Shown: positions 49,351 to 61,139, numbered from the stretch's first letter. The stretch is 61,297 nucleotides of DNA from Dimorphilus gyrociliatus (GCA_904063045.1 CAJFCJ010000098.1:18959-80255); one strand, 5' to 3'. Notes: generated by a model from the sequence alone, not told the origin. A program made the numbers and translations.

Positions 49351-50633
49351 CATGTGATAGAAACTGTCTGCAATGTTCTGCAACAGGTGAAGGGAATTGT
49401 GATGAGGGAAATTGCAAAGCTGGATATTTTCTTCACAATAAACATTGTCATACTAAAAAAGAAAATTGTCTTGAGCACTGGTTTCAAGATGGTCAGTTTG
49501 TATGCTCCCAATGTGAAAAAACTTATAAACCCTCTAAAGGAAATTGTCACAAATGCCCTGATGGTTGTAAGTATTGTCATGGATACCTTTGGAGATTTAC
49601 CTGTAGTCAAGATGGTTGCTTAGATAATTACTATATAGACGTTTCAAAAAAATATTGTAAAATATGTGATAGTCTTTGTAAGAAATGTATTCATTTGCTT
49701 TCATGTGCAGAATGTGCACCTGGCTCTGGTCTTGTAGGTTATAGTTATAAAAACTGTTTTTTATGTATTGACCCCAATTGTCAAAACTGCCCATCAGCTA
49801 CATTGAATAGTGAAGATGCAGTTTGTATTGAATGTAAGGATAGATTCTACAGAGCTACAACACCTTGTTTAAAATGTCCTCCAAATTGTTTACATTGTGC
49901 TATAAATTATTCTGGAATGAAATGTGTAAAATGTCTGCCAGACTATTATTTGTATAATAATCAATGCATTAAATGTCTGCCAAATTGTATAGAATGTTAC
50001 AACAGCCAGAAATGCACTAAATGCAAACCAACATATTCTCTTGGATCAGATGGATTTTGTAAAATATGTTCAAGTGTTACATTTGAAAACTGTCTAACAT
50101 GCATAGATCATGTTTATAGGCCATCAGAATGTTTGACATGCAAACCATACTATGCTCTAAAAGGTGATAAATCAGGTTGTGTTCCATGTCCAATTAGTGA
50201 TTGTGAAGTATGTATTTATGGAAAAGAATGCTTGAAATGTAAAGAAAACCACTTTCAAACAAAATATAATACAGAATGTGGTAAATATTGCTTCAGCTGT
50301 ACAGGTCCTACATGTATTCACCCAAGACTTCAAACTGCAGAAATTGGTAGTGCAGTTCTTGTTAAATGTGACTTTGGCGACTGTTGGTCAAGGAGAACAA
50401 GCATAAATTATGAAAGAAGTTGCTCAAGACAGCTATGCCCAAATGATGATTATCAAAATAATTGTTTCCGGACTGATAAGTGGTATAAATGTGAAAATTG
50501 TTGTACAGCTACAAAATGTAATATTAAAGATATAGGAAGTCAATTGCCAGAAAATTTTTCTTGCAGATTTCACTCTTCAGAGTTTTTTATATACATTTCA
50601 CTTTTGTTTCTTGTGTTTTCTCTTGCTTTCTAA
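49351..50633 (+). CDS. Intact terminal exon: Cys-rich repeats, Ly6/uPAR three-finger domain and hydrophobic GPI-type C-terminus
   Basis: Open for 1283 nt. CFSCTG...CENCCTATKCN followed by FFIYISLLFLVFSLAF*. Confidence 0.85.
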
Positions 50634-51753
50634 CAGTTGTATATTTTTACTTTTATGCTGAAATATACTGATAAATATTCATATATAAATAGCAATTGTT
50701 GTTTACTGTATCCATCTTAAGTTAGACACCAGTTTTGCTAAAAATCACCTTGAATTCTTAGTTAAAAACAAGCAATTTGAAACAAGAAGCTGATAGACAT
50801 AGACCTTGGTTAGTTATCATTAAGGTACATCTTTAAATATCAGTTAATGTTTGGCCAAAATCCTTTTCCTGTATGTGTCCCATGGATTTAGCTCAACAAA
50901 GTGCTTTGGCACATGCCAGTAGTTTTCAAACTATTTTTATTTATATTAGAAAAAGGATCCTACATGCATATTTGCACATTTTTCTTCCTTTTACAATCTT
51001 TTTCCTAAGTGTTGAACCTTGTAACGTCATGTTTTTAAAGATAAATAAAAACTGGACAGTTTGGCCACTGTAAAGTGATGATTATTGAAATGTTTCAATC
51101 CATAAGTAAATATTCTTGAAAGAATATTGTTGTTCCATAAATTCATCATCATCTTCATATTCACAATCTTCTGAAAAATTACTATACAATTTGTCTTTAA
51201 CTCTATTAAAATGAATGGAAATACAATAGTATAAATAGTTAAATTATACAAACAAAATTAAGGGCTATTAGGGATTATATAGAGCTCAATAGAGAAAGAA
51301 AGATATAGGTATAGGTAAGCATGAACAAATCAATGGTTTTACCCAACCTTATTACTACAAAACACAATAATATTACTCAATCAATAAAGTAATGAAATCC
51401 AGAGAGAAGAGACATTGCACTTGAAAAAATAGGAATACATTTCGTCAAAGTGAGTCATTATTTGCATTCAGCTAAATGAAAAAATACCAACTTCAGCAAA
51501 AAAGGTGTTGAAATATATCTACAGATATAAGAAAGGCATATTGGTAAATAGTATAGATTGACTAGGCAAGAGGTTAATGTTAATTCTGAAAAAAAGACAT
51601 TTACACTCTGCCAATCAAGATATCTCTGCACTATAAATGGAAATTAAATAGAAATCTTGTGAATTTTTTAAAGGTAATATTTTTGAGACAAAATATTAAA
51701 AAAAAAGAAATTACAAGAATATATCTTTCTTTCTTCAGAGATAATTACAGATC

Positions 51754-54700
51754 ATGAAAAATCCTATATTAAAATATCATGAAAAACAGATAAAACATGC
51801 TTTAGAGAATGATGAAATATTTAATAAGAAATTACAAGAATTAAAGATTAATTTCAATTCTTTTGATGATACTAATAAACTTTTAAACATTTTAGAAAGT
51901 ATAAAACTCTATGATAAAAAATATACTGAAATTGGAAATTTAATTAAAAGTACCTGGAAAAATGTTATCTTTGAAAGAAAATATTATTTTCAATTGCAAA
52001 TTGACTTTTTACATAATCAAAAAACTTTTATCATAAAATATAATGATAAATATATACCAAATCAACTTTTATTGACAAAATGCAATAAGAATGAAGAAAG
52101 TGTTGGCAAATTTTTTCAAATTGAACAACTTTTGAATTATTTAAAATTCTTAAAAAATGATGATAAACTACTAATTTATGGTGAAGAAGGTATTGGTAAA
52201 ACATTTTTCTCAACAGCTATTCTCCATTTTTGGTCTGAGAATAAACGAGAAATATTTCTAGAAGATAAATTATTTTTATATGTCAAATTCAATGAATTAT
52301 TTAAAGATGAAAATAGAAATTATTCATTTGAGGAGATTTTATTCAAAAATAATTTTGGTAATAATTCAAAAATCACATTTGAATTATTTAAACATTTTCT
52401 ATGCAATTCGGGAGAGAAAGTTCTCTTAATTCTGGATGAAATTGATGATATTAACTTCTTGGAGACAAATGAGAAATGTGAATTTCTTAATTATCAATTC
52501 CCAATGATTATTTTGTCAAGAAGAAGAGAAGGAGAAGGAGAGAAATTAAATTCTTTACTTGGTTGTTGTTGTTCTACATTTGAATTAAAAGGATTTAACA
52601 AAGGTCAGATAAACAGTCTTTTCCTAAGATGCTTAAAGGAATATAATTGTGAAAATGATTATTTAATTAATGATGTTAATGATTGGGTATTTCAAACTAC
52701 AAAGAAAAATGATATGGAAGATTTAAATCAACTTTTAACCATGTTAAAAAGTAACAGTAACGGAAAATATCTCTTCAAACTTTGTAGTAATCCTTTTATG
52801 GCAAATTTAATATTAATCATTTGGAAAGAACAAAAATATTTCAACATATTGCACAATAAATATGAAATATTTGACTGTATTTCAACTCTATGTTTACAAA
52901 AAGGGAGAGCAATAAACAAGGAAAATAAAATTTATTACATAAGTCTATTTGCTTTTTATGATCTATTCCAAATTGGATTTACATGGACAGAGATAAAGTC
53001 TGTAAATAATACTATAAAAGAATACTTCTATTTTCGATGGTTTTTTAATCCTTCAACAAGGAAGAGTGGATTAAATTTTGAATTTTCTCACATGCTATTT
53101 AAAGAATATTTTGCAGCAAAATTTATCATTGAATCGTATCAGAAAAAACTATATGAAAATATTCAATTAATAGAATCAATAATCAGAAATTTAAAGAATT
53201 TGTTTATATTAAAAAATGTCTTCTCATTTGTCCTTGACATTGACTGTAATATCTGTGCAAAGCTAACAGCTATAAAAGGATTGGATAATATTTTATCTAT
53301 TCTGGATATAGATGAAAGACTTTGCACATATATTAGAAATAAATCCATCATTACTACAATTGAATTATCTAATATTAAATTACCAATTGGAATTTGGAGG
53401 TTAATCCTACATAACTCTACCAAACAAATCAAAGAAATTCAAATTACAGATGTAGATATAGATTTAAACAACTTTATTCATATTGGTCAAGAATTTCTAA
53501 AAAATTCTCTTTCTATTATAAAAATTTATGATAACAATCTAATGAGTTCTATCATTACTGCTGAAACTTTACAAAGCATAATGGAACAATTTAAAAATTT
53601 AAAAGTTTTTAAATTAAAAAATATTCAATTTGAAAATTCAAATAACAATACTCCATTATGCATAAAATCAAATAGTTTAGAAGAGTTATATATTGTAAAT
53701 TGTAGACTGGAAAAAGCATTCGAAATAAATTGTCCAAACTTAAGAAAATGTAAACTGATAAAAGTTTGTAAAAAATTAAATTTTACAAAGTTTTTGGAAG
53801 ATAATTTTAAATTACAAGAATTAAATTTATCTGAAACTTCATTATCAGAAGATTTGGGCAAGAATTTCTTTGAAATGTTAAATAATTTTACAATATCATT
53901 ATCTTCCCTTAAATGCAATATTTGTGATATTGTTGCAAAATCTAATGATATTGTTCAGTTTCTTAAAAAACATAAACATTTAAATACTTTAGAAATGATT
54001 GGAAATATAATTGATTTGGCAGATAATTTGATGGATACATTGGATTTTTTTCAGGCTATTTTAACAGCAAATTCTCTAAAAGTATTAAAATTACCAATTA
54101 TTGAGTGCTCAAATAGTGAAATAATAAGAGAAACAACCACAATATTTGATGATTTTACAAGGATAAAACTTGATTTGATATTTCTAGATATTGGTGGAAA
54201 TTCTCTAGACAATACCTTGATATATAATTTTATTAAAATGCTAATTTCATGTTCAGTTAGTTTAAAAGTTTTGGTAACAAATTGGTACAATTCTGCTCAT
54301 ACTGAACTTTTACTATTTAGTAAATTAATTAATGAAACTAATTTATGGAATTATTCTAATTTGAAATATTTGAAATTTTTACATTCAAATTCAAAATTTA
54401 ACTTGAAAGAGTTTAATGAAAATTTCACTTCTGGAATGAAAAATTTAAATGATAAATTATCTCTAAATGTTTTAAGAATAATTCACCTAAAAAATTGCCA
54501 ACTGTCTGATGATTTCTTAACAAGGCTGATAAATATTTGGACTGAATTAACCTCAATAAAAAGTTTGGATATTAGTTACAATAAATTTTCAAAGGATGCA
54601 AGTTTAAAATTTTTAAAAAAGATTAAAAGTGAAAAATATCAACAATTTACAAATTTGTATATGCATCATTGTAATTGGGAAAATATAGATATACTTGAAT

Positions 54701-57700
54701 ATTTGAATTCAATTTCAGAAATAAAGTATTTAAGAATTTTCAACTCAAAATCCAAATATACAAAACTGGTATCAGATATAAAAAATAGAAATGAAAATCT
54801 TATAGTTGATGTCAATTCAGAAACTTTTAATTTATCAAATATGAAAAAATTATGGAGAATTTACAAATATATTTCTGATGTGAAAACTTTAAATACTGAA
54901 ATTTTAGCAAATTATGAGAAGGAAATTATTCGATATTTATTAAACTTTACAAATATACATCTACATACAATTCTCATTAAAAAATATGATTTTTTTAAAG
55001 AGGAGAAATCTGAATTGAATTACTGTGGAATGCTGACTAAACAATTAATTTTTAATAAGGAAAATATTCAAGAATTTAATCTAAATAATAGTTTAATTGG
55101 AGATTGCAATGGTAAAATCTTGCTGGAATGTATTAAGGAGAATTGTAAGAATTTATCAATTCTGAATTTAGAAAATTGTGGATTTACATCAGAAATTGGA
55201 AATATTATTGGAGAAGCTATTGGCCAACAACAAAATCATCTGCAAGAATTAAACTTGAAAAATAACTTTTTAAAGGCCTATATTGGACAATGTATATTTG
55301 AAAATATTGAACAGAATTGTAGTAATATCATGATTTTGAATGTTATAAATTGTGGATTTACATCAAAAATTGGTACCAGTTTTGCAAATGCAATTGGAAA
55401 ACAAAGGAAATTGAAAGAGTTATATATTAGTAGCAATTGTTTGAATGATCAGATTGGAAAAAATCTATTTTTCAATATCAAAGAGAATTGTACTAATATT
55501 TCTGCTCTTAATTTTGATTGTTGTGGATTTACATCAGAAATTGGAGATATATTGGGCAATGGAATTGGTGAACAGAAGTATTTAGTCTATCTTAATGGAT
55601 CTGATAATGAATTTGGAAATGATATTGGAAAAAATATTTTTTATAATATAAAGAAAAATTGTAGTCATCTACTCACAATGAATTTTTGGAATTGTCATTT
55701 TACATCAAAAATTGGAAATATTGTTGGAGATGCAATTGGTCAACAAACTAACATTCAACATGTTTCATTTTATGACAATGAATTAGGAGATGATGTTGGA
55801 AAACATATTTGTTTGAACATAAGGGATAATTGTTCAGATATATTAACACTTAGTTTTGAATCTTGTTCATTTACTTCAGAAATTGGAGATGTTTTAGGTG
55901 CTGCGATTGGTCAACAAAAAAATCTTCGAGATTTGGGCATCTATGAAAATCCATTTGGTGATGAAGTCACCAAAAATTTATTAACAATTATCAGAGAAAA
56001 CTGTAAAAATATTACATTGCTGAATATTGGAGATTGTACAGTAACAACATTAACTTCAGAGAGCATTACAGACATTATTAATGATGATAATTGCCTAGAA
56101 GAACTCAGTATTAAAAATATCAAATATGAGTTTGATTGTGCAAAAGATATATTTTTAAGTATTGAAAATAGTTGTAAAAGTTTTTATGGTCTATGTTTTG
56201 GAAATTGTTACTTTCCTCCTGAATTAACAGCTATATTTACTGCTAGTATCATTAAACAAGATAGAATAAAAGAACTATATCTATGGGATAATCAATTGGG
56301 TAATGAAGGCTGGAAATATGTTTTAATGAACTTGAAAAATAATTGCCCAATCCTTTCAACTTTGGATTTAACTAACTGTGGAATTTCTTCAGATATTGGA
56401 AATGTTTTGGGTTGTGCACTCAGGAAGAAGAGATTTATGAAAGAGTTGTTTCTTTGGGATAATCAGCTTGAAGATGATGTTGGAAAGCATCTATTTCATT
56501 GTATAAAAGAGTCTCATCATACTATAACAATTTTAAATATTGATAATTGTGGTTTTACATCAAATATTGGAGATATTTTGGGTGATGCTATAGGTCAACA
56601 ATATGGTCTTAAAGAGTTATTTTGCTGTAATAATCACTTTGAAGATAAAGTTGGGGAAAATATCTTTGAAAATATTACAAAAAATTGTAGAAAAATGACA
56701 GTTATTGATTGCAAAAATTGTGGATTTACATCAAAAATTGGAAATAGTATTGGTAATGCAATTGGTTGTCAAAAATATCTTACTGAATTGCATATAGCAA
56801 ATAATCAACTTGGAGATAAAGTTGGCAGAAATATATTTCATAATATAAACAATAATTGTGAATTTATTAAATATTTAAGAGCTTTTAATTGTGGATTTAC
56901 ACACCAAATTGGTAGAATCATTGGTGATGCAATTGGCAAACAAACAAACCTACATTCAATTGATGTATCTGAAAATTATTTTGGAGATGTTATTGGAAAA
57001 TCTATATTTGCAAATATTAGATGGAATTGTTCAAAACTTACAAAATTTGGTTTTGGTAAATGTGGATTTACTTCAAAAATTGATGCAATTATAGTTGATG
57101 CAATTGGTCAACAAACTAACCTTAAAAGCTTATATTTTTGGCATAATGAAGTGGGAGATGTTATTGGAAATCGCATTTTTCAATCAGTACAACAAAATTG
57201 TCAAAAACTCTCTCTTTTTAAGATACAAAAGTGTAGATTTTCTTTTCATGTTGGAAAAATTGTTTGTGATGCAATTGGCCAACAAAATGACCTTGAAGTT
57301 TTGTCAATCTGTGACAATGATTTTGGAGATGATATTGGTAAAGATTTACTTGAAAAAATTTATAAAAATTGTCATAAAATCTCATGTTTAACTATGGGAA
57401 ATTGTCAGTTTACTTCTAGAATAGGAAATATCCTGCCCAAAGCAATTTGTCAACAGAAAAACTTGGAAATATTAGATATAAGTGATAACATTATAGAAGA
57501 CAGTATTGGAACAGAATTATTCAAAAGTCTTGAAAACAGTTGTATAAACCTTACCAAACTTGATATAAGCAATTGTGGATTTACTTCAGAAATTGGAATA
57601 ATTTTAAGTGATGCAATAGGTCAACAAACTTCCCTAACATCACTCATAATTCAAGATAACCTTTTAGGAGATACTATAGGAAAATATCTCTTTTCAATTA

Positions 57701-59094
57701 TAGCAAAGAACAATAAAAAACTTGAGTTATTAAATTTTAGCAATTGTGATTTTACAACAGATGTTGGTTACATAATGGCCGAGGCAATTGGTTCTCTAAA
57801 AAATTTGAAAATATTACATTGTCAGGACAATAAATTAGGAAATTATGTTGGAAAACATATATTTAAGCAAATCAATGAAAATTGTAGAAATATTGAGAAA
57901 CTTATTTGCAGTAATTGCAGATTTACTTCAACTATTGGAGATATTGTTGGTGATGCAATAGGCAAACAAACTAATATTAAAGAATTGTCATTCTGGCTTA
58001 ATCTATTGGGAGATGATGTTGGTAAAAGTATTTTTCAAAATATTCAAAAATATTGTAGAAATATTAAAGTACTGAATTTTGGAAATTGCCAATTTACATC
58101 TGCAATTGGTAATATTATTGGAGATGCAATTAGTGAACAAAAGGATCTTAATTATTTATACATTTGGAATAATGACTTTGGAGATCATTTGGGAAGATAT
58201 ATTTTTGAAAATCTTCAAGCAAATTGTTATAATTTAACTCATTTAAATGTTGGAGGTTGTAGACTTACTTCAAATATGGGAAGTATTATTGGTGAAGTAA
58301 TAGGTCAACAGTATAATCTACAAAAGTTGGTAATGTGGGAAAATTCATTAGGAGATAATGTCGGAGAAGAAATTTTTAATCATTTAAAAGAAAACTGTAA
58401 AGAAATTGTATATATTAATTGTAGAATGTGTAATTTTACTTTTCAAATTGGAAATTGTATTGGAGAAGCAATTGGACAGCAAAAACATGTTAAGAATTTC
58501 AATATGGCTGAAAACAATCTGGAAGATGATGTTGGAAGGAATATATTTGAAAATATTAAAGAAAATTGCTATGATATTTCAATACTTAAATTTGACAATT
58601 GTGGATTTACAACAGATATTGGAAATATTTTAGGAGATGCAATTGGCCAACAGCATAGACTTCGAGAATTAACATTCTCCAACAATCAATTAGGAGATGC
58701 TGTTGGAATTAATCTCTTTAATAAACTCAGAGAAAATTGCTTTAATATTAAAATTTTTAAATTTGACAATTGTGGATTTACAGCAAATATTGGAAATATT
58801 TTGGGAGATTTAATTGGCCAACAAAACAATCTTCAAATATTGCATGTAGCAAATAATCAATTTGGAAATGATGTTGGAAAATGTCTCTTTCAAAATATAA
58901 AAAAATATTGTGACAATATTTATGAAATTCAATGCAACAATTGTGGATTTACCTCAAAAATTGGAAATGTTGTTTATGATGCTATTGTTTATCATCAACA
59001 ATTAAATTACCTTCATATTTGGAATAATCGATTAATGCATAGAATTCGAGAAAATCTATCTTCAAATATTTTAGTTAGGAACAGATTAGGATAA
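51754..59094 (+). CDS. NLR-like protein, 2,446 aa, uninterrupted ORF: unknown N-terminus, NACHT and a very long RI-type LRR array
   Basis: Walker A LLIYGEEGIGKT (~52180), Walker B LLILDEIDD (~52425), IILSRR, LCSNPF, winged-helix FEFSHMLFKEYFAA (~53080). 23 repeats of 57 aa from 55174. Confidence 0.92.
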   Translation: MKNPILKYHEKQIKHALENDEIFNKKLQELKINFNSFDDTNKLLNILESIKLYDKKYTEIGNLIKSTWKNVIFERKYYFQLQIDFLHNQKTFIIKYNDKYIPNQLLLTKCNKNEESVGKFFQIEQLLNYLKFLKNDDKLLIYGEEGIGKTFFSTAILHFWSENKREIFLEDKLFLYVKFNELFKDENRNYSFEEILFKNNFGNNSKITFELFKHFLCNSGEKVLLILDEIDDINFLETNEKCEFLNYQFPMIILSRRREGEGEKLNSLLGCCCSTFELKGFNKGQINSLFLRCLKEYNCENDYLINDVNDWVFQTTKKNDMEDLNQLLTMLKSNSNGKYLFKLCSNPFMANLILIIWKEQKYFNILHNKYEIFDCISTLCLQKGRAINKENKIYYISLFAFYDLFQIGFTWTEIKSVNNTIKEYFYFRWFFNPSTRKSGLNFEFSHMLFKEYFAAKFIIESYQKKLYENIQLIESIIRNLKNLFILKNVFSFVLDIDCNICAKLTAIKGLDNILSILDIDERLCTYIRNKSIITTIELSNIKLPIGIWRLILHNSTKQIKEIQITDVDIDLNNFIHIGQEFLKNSLSIIKIYDNNLMSSIITAETLQSIMEQFKNLKVFKLKNIQFENSNNNTPLCIKSNSLEELYIVNCRLEKAFEINCPNLRKCKLIKVCKKLNFTKFLEDNFKLQELNLSETSLSEDLGKNFFEMLNNFTISLSSLKCNICDIVAKSNDIVQFLKKHKHLNTLEMIGNIIDLADNLMDTLDFFQAILTANSLKVLKLPIIECSNSEIIRETTTIFDDFTRIKLDLIFLDIGGNSLDNTLIYNFIKMLISCSVSLKVLVTNWYNSAHTELLLFSKLINETNLWNYSNLKYLKFLHSNSKFNLKEFNENFTSGMKNLNDKLSLNVLRIIHLKNCQLSDDFLTRLINIWTELTSIKSLDISYNKFSKDASLKFLKKIKSEKYQQFTNLYMHHCNWENIDILEYLNSISEIKYLRIFNSKSKYTKLVSDIKNRNENLIVDVNSETFNLSNMKKLWRIYKYISDVKTLNTEILANYEKEIIRYLLNFTNIHLHTILIKKYDFFKEEKSELNYCGMLTKQLIFNKENIQEFNLNNSLIGDCNGKILLECIKENCKNLSILNLENCGFTSEIGNIIGEAIGQQQNHLQELNLKNNFLKAYIGQCIFENIEQNCSNIMILNVINCGFTSKIGTSFANAIGKQRKLKELYISSNCLNDQIGKNLFFNIKENCTNISALNFDCCGFTSEIGDILGNGIGEQKYLVYLNGSDNEFGNDIGKNIFYNIKKNCSHLLTMNFWNCHFTSKIGNIVGDAIGQQTNIQHVSFYDNELGDDVGKHICLNIRDNCSDILTLSFESCSFTSEIGDVLGAAIGQQKNLRDLGIYENPFGDEVTKNLLTIIRENCKNITLLNIGDCTVTTLTSESITDIINDDNCLEELSIKNIKYEFDCAKDIFLSIENSCKSFYGLCFGNCYFPPELTAIFTASIIKQDRIKELYLWDNQLGNEGWKYVLMNLKNNCPILSTLDLTNCGISSDIGNVLGCALRKKRFMKELFLWDNQLEDDVGKHLFHCIKESHHTITILNIDNCGFTSNIGDILGDAIGQQYGLKELFCCNNHFEDKVGENIFENITKNCRKMTVIDCKNCGFTSKIGNSIGNAIGCQKYLTELHIANNQLGDKVGRNIFHNINNNCEFIKYLRAFNCGFTHQIGRIIGDAIGKQTNLHSIDVSENYFGDVIGKSIFANIRWNCSKLTKFGFGKCGFTSKIDAIIVDAIGQQTNLKSLYFWHNEVGDVIGNRIFQSVQQNCQKLSLFKIQKCRFSFHVGKIVCDAIGQQNDLEVLSICDNDFGDDIGKDLLEKIYKNCHKISCLTMGNCQFTSRIGNILPKAICQQKNLEILDISDNIIEDSIGTELFKSLENSCINLTKLDISNCGFTSEIGIILSDAIGQQTSLTSLIIQDNLLGDTIGKYLFSIIAKNNKKLELLNFSNCDFTTDVGYIMAEAIGSLKNLKILHCQDNKLGNYVGKHIFKQINENCRNIEKLICSNCRFTSTIGDIVGDAIGKQTNIKELSFWLNLLGDDVGKSIFQNIQKYCRNIKVLNFGNCQFTSAIGNIIGDAISEQKDLNYLYIWNNDFGDHLGRYIFENLQANCYNLTHLNVGGCRLTSNMGSIIGEVIGQQYNLQKLVMWENSLGDNVGEEIFNHLKENCKEIVYINCRMCNFTFQIGNCIGEAIGQQKHVKNFNMAENNLEDDVGRNIFENIKENCYDISILKFDNCGFTTDIGNILGDAIGQQHRLRELTFSNNQLGDAVGINLFNKLRENCFNIKIFKFDNCGFTANIGNILGDLIGQQNNLQILHVANNQFGNDVGKCLFQNIKKYCDNIYEIQCNNCGFTSKIGNVVYDAIVYHQQLNYLHIWNNRLMHRIRENLSSNILVRNRLG
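55174..59040 (+). repeat. 171 nt (57 aa) coding tandem repeat, 23 units
   Basis: First to last NCGFT is 3765 nt = 22 x 171 + 3. Confidence 0.92.
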
Positions 59095-59632
59095 TCCAAA
59101 ACAAAATGTCCATTTTTTATAATTGTATCCAATACAATAGTTTTATATCCAATGTATATTTTTGTGCTCATTTTCAAGTTCTGATCAATTCAATTTTAAG
59201 CTAAATAGTATACTACTCAGAAGAAATTAAGTCTACACCACTTGGAACATGTTTTTCCTCTTCTTTTGACAAGCAAAAGGTTGAGATTAAAATAGGCCTA
59301 CAACATCCATTCCATCTCTCAGTTTAGAAGCTGCTCCTTTTTCAATATATTTTACCTAATTCTGAGTAGTTTCATTAGTTTGTTTGAAAATATTAGCATT
59401 TATCATGATCAAATATTAAAAATCTTTTTCATGATGAAAAAAGATTATTTTTTTTTATTTTTTTTGTGTTTAATAATAGATTAAACTTGCAATTTTATAT
59501 ATATATTATTTTACATATTTTATTGGAGCAATGTTCAATAGTTAAATTTTTGGTCTATTTTTGTATGTGCCCACCCTCTCTTTCTATACATGTGCTTATT
59601 CTTTGGCCCATTCCCTCATATAAGCTTGGCAG

Positions 59633-60915
59633 CAAGTGCTTCTTTGTAGATTTTGAACAGGTAAATATTTAAAGCTTTTTAACTAGATTTTTGATGCAAA
59701 ATATTACAATTTAATATATTTTCTTTAATAACAAATTGTTTCAATATTTGCAATAAACAAAATTTCAGCCATTTTGAATATTTGGAAATGACAGTGATTT
59801 TTTAATAATCAAGTGAATTTGTTCTGTTGAAACAACATGGCTTCAAAATGCAACAATTGTGATTCAAAAATTTATGGAAGGCAAAAATATTTGAAATGCT
59901 GCCTTTGTGAGAATCTTATCCATAGAAAATGTTCAGGTACATCAGTTTTCAATTATGATTTAGGCAACTATCTTTTTGTAACACATTGACATAGAAACAC
60001 CTAGCATACCTGTTTGCACAAGATGTAACAAAAGAAAATGTACTGTTAGCCTTAAGAAGTTAACAAATCTGGAAATTGATCAATACAAAGAGAGTAATAA
60101 GAAGGACTTCAATGATAACAGAAGTGATCCTGCTGAGGTTAAAGATTCAACATTGGATTATGAAAGTCCTCAGCAATCAGAAAACCAATCAATGGATGTA
60201 GAAGGAACTGATGAAAATACAGAAGATGAAAATGACTCAATCAGGAGGAATGATTTTGAGATTGTACAAGGAGGAAGCAGAAAAGGACATGACATTTTAT
60301 TGAATGATGGATATTCTTTTGTTGTTAAACATAAAACACTTACAACAACAATTTGGGTATGCAGTGTGAGAAGTAAGAAAAAAAGATGTGTAGCTAGAAT
60401 AAGACAAAATGGAAGTATATTTATTAAAGGCAATCTGGAACATAATCACAACAGAAAACCTAATTTGGAAGTAGATGTTAAAGTAAAAACTGATGTAAAA
60501 ACTATTTGCAAAAGTGATAACAAAGCATCTGGAAGAAGCATTGCTGAAAAAGTTCTATTGTCATATGAACCTAATGCTAAATGTCTTCCTGATATCAATT
60601 ACTTAAAAAGGATGGCAAACTCAAACAGACAAAAATTCAGGCCAGTTGAACCAAAAGTGTATAACTTCAACTTGAACACAACTTTTTTACCTGATGAATT
60701 TCTGCAGAAAGACATTTGTGAAAATGGAGAAAGAATCTTAATTTTTGCAACAAACCATCAGCTGAACTTATTATCCAAATCCAACTACTGGTATATTGAT
60801 GGTACTTTCAAAATTGTTAAGGATCCATTTTATCAGCTGGTCACTGTTCATTCCTTTGTAAAAAAGAGTGGTGATATGAAGCAAGTCCCTCTTGTTTTCA
60901 TTTTCTTAACATCAA
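59633..60915 (+). mobile_element. MULE family 2 copy lacking both TIRs; spliced PHD-FLYWCH-MULE ORF from ATG 59837 (intron 59937-59994), truncated after LVFIFLTSK
   Basis: MASKCNNC..CCLC..IHRKCS|ETPSIPVCTRC is in frame with ORF 60153-61019, which has YIDGTF and QVPLVFIFL. Confidence 0.85.
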
Positions 60916-61139
60916 AGCATATGAACAAACTAATGTTTGTGATGATTGCTCAACTGCTTTTAAAACATCCCATTTTACATCATTCATACATAAAACGAAC
61001 CTTTAGAATGACTAACTGAAATATCTTATAGGATTTAGTGAATATTTTTGTCCTAGACTGTATATTGTATTTTGTTGTATTTCAATTATAGGAATTTCTG
61101 GGTCAGTGTACAACTTTTTTTGTACTTTGTCAAATGATT

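Larger units (their letters stand above)
44340..50633 (+). pseudogene. Large Cys-rich (furin/growth-factor-receptor-like CxxC repeat) surface protein gene with a C-terminal Ly6/uPAR domain and GPI-type tail; 5' part disrupted
   Basis: Introns at 44433-44488, 45078-45138 and 49286-49350. In-frame TGA at 44858 and 44960. MITE at 45648-45854, -1 in an A run near 46143, MULE at 46587-49234. Confidence 0.8.

Noticed and set aside
44340-50633. Protist origin (Giardia VSP or ciliate surface antigen) or an alternative genetic code
   Set aside because: The 7.3 kb NLR ORF reads through in the standard code and ends at TAA. Ly6/uPAR, C1q, F-type lectin and NACHT-LRR together point to an animal.
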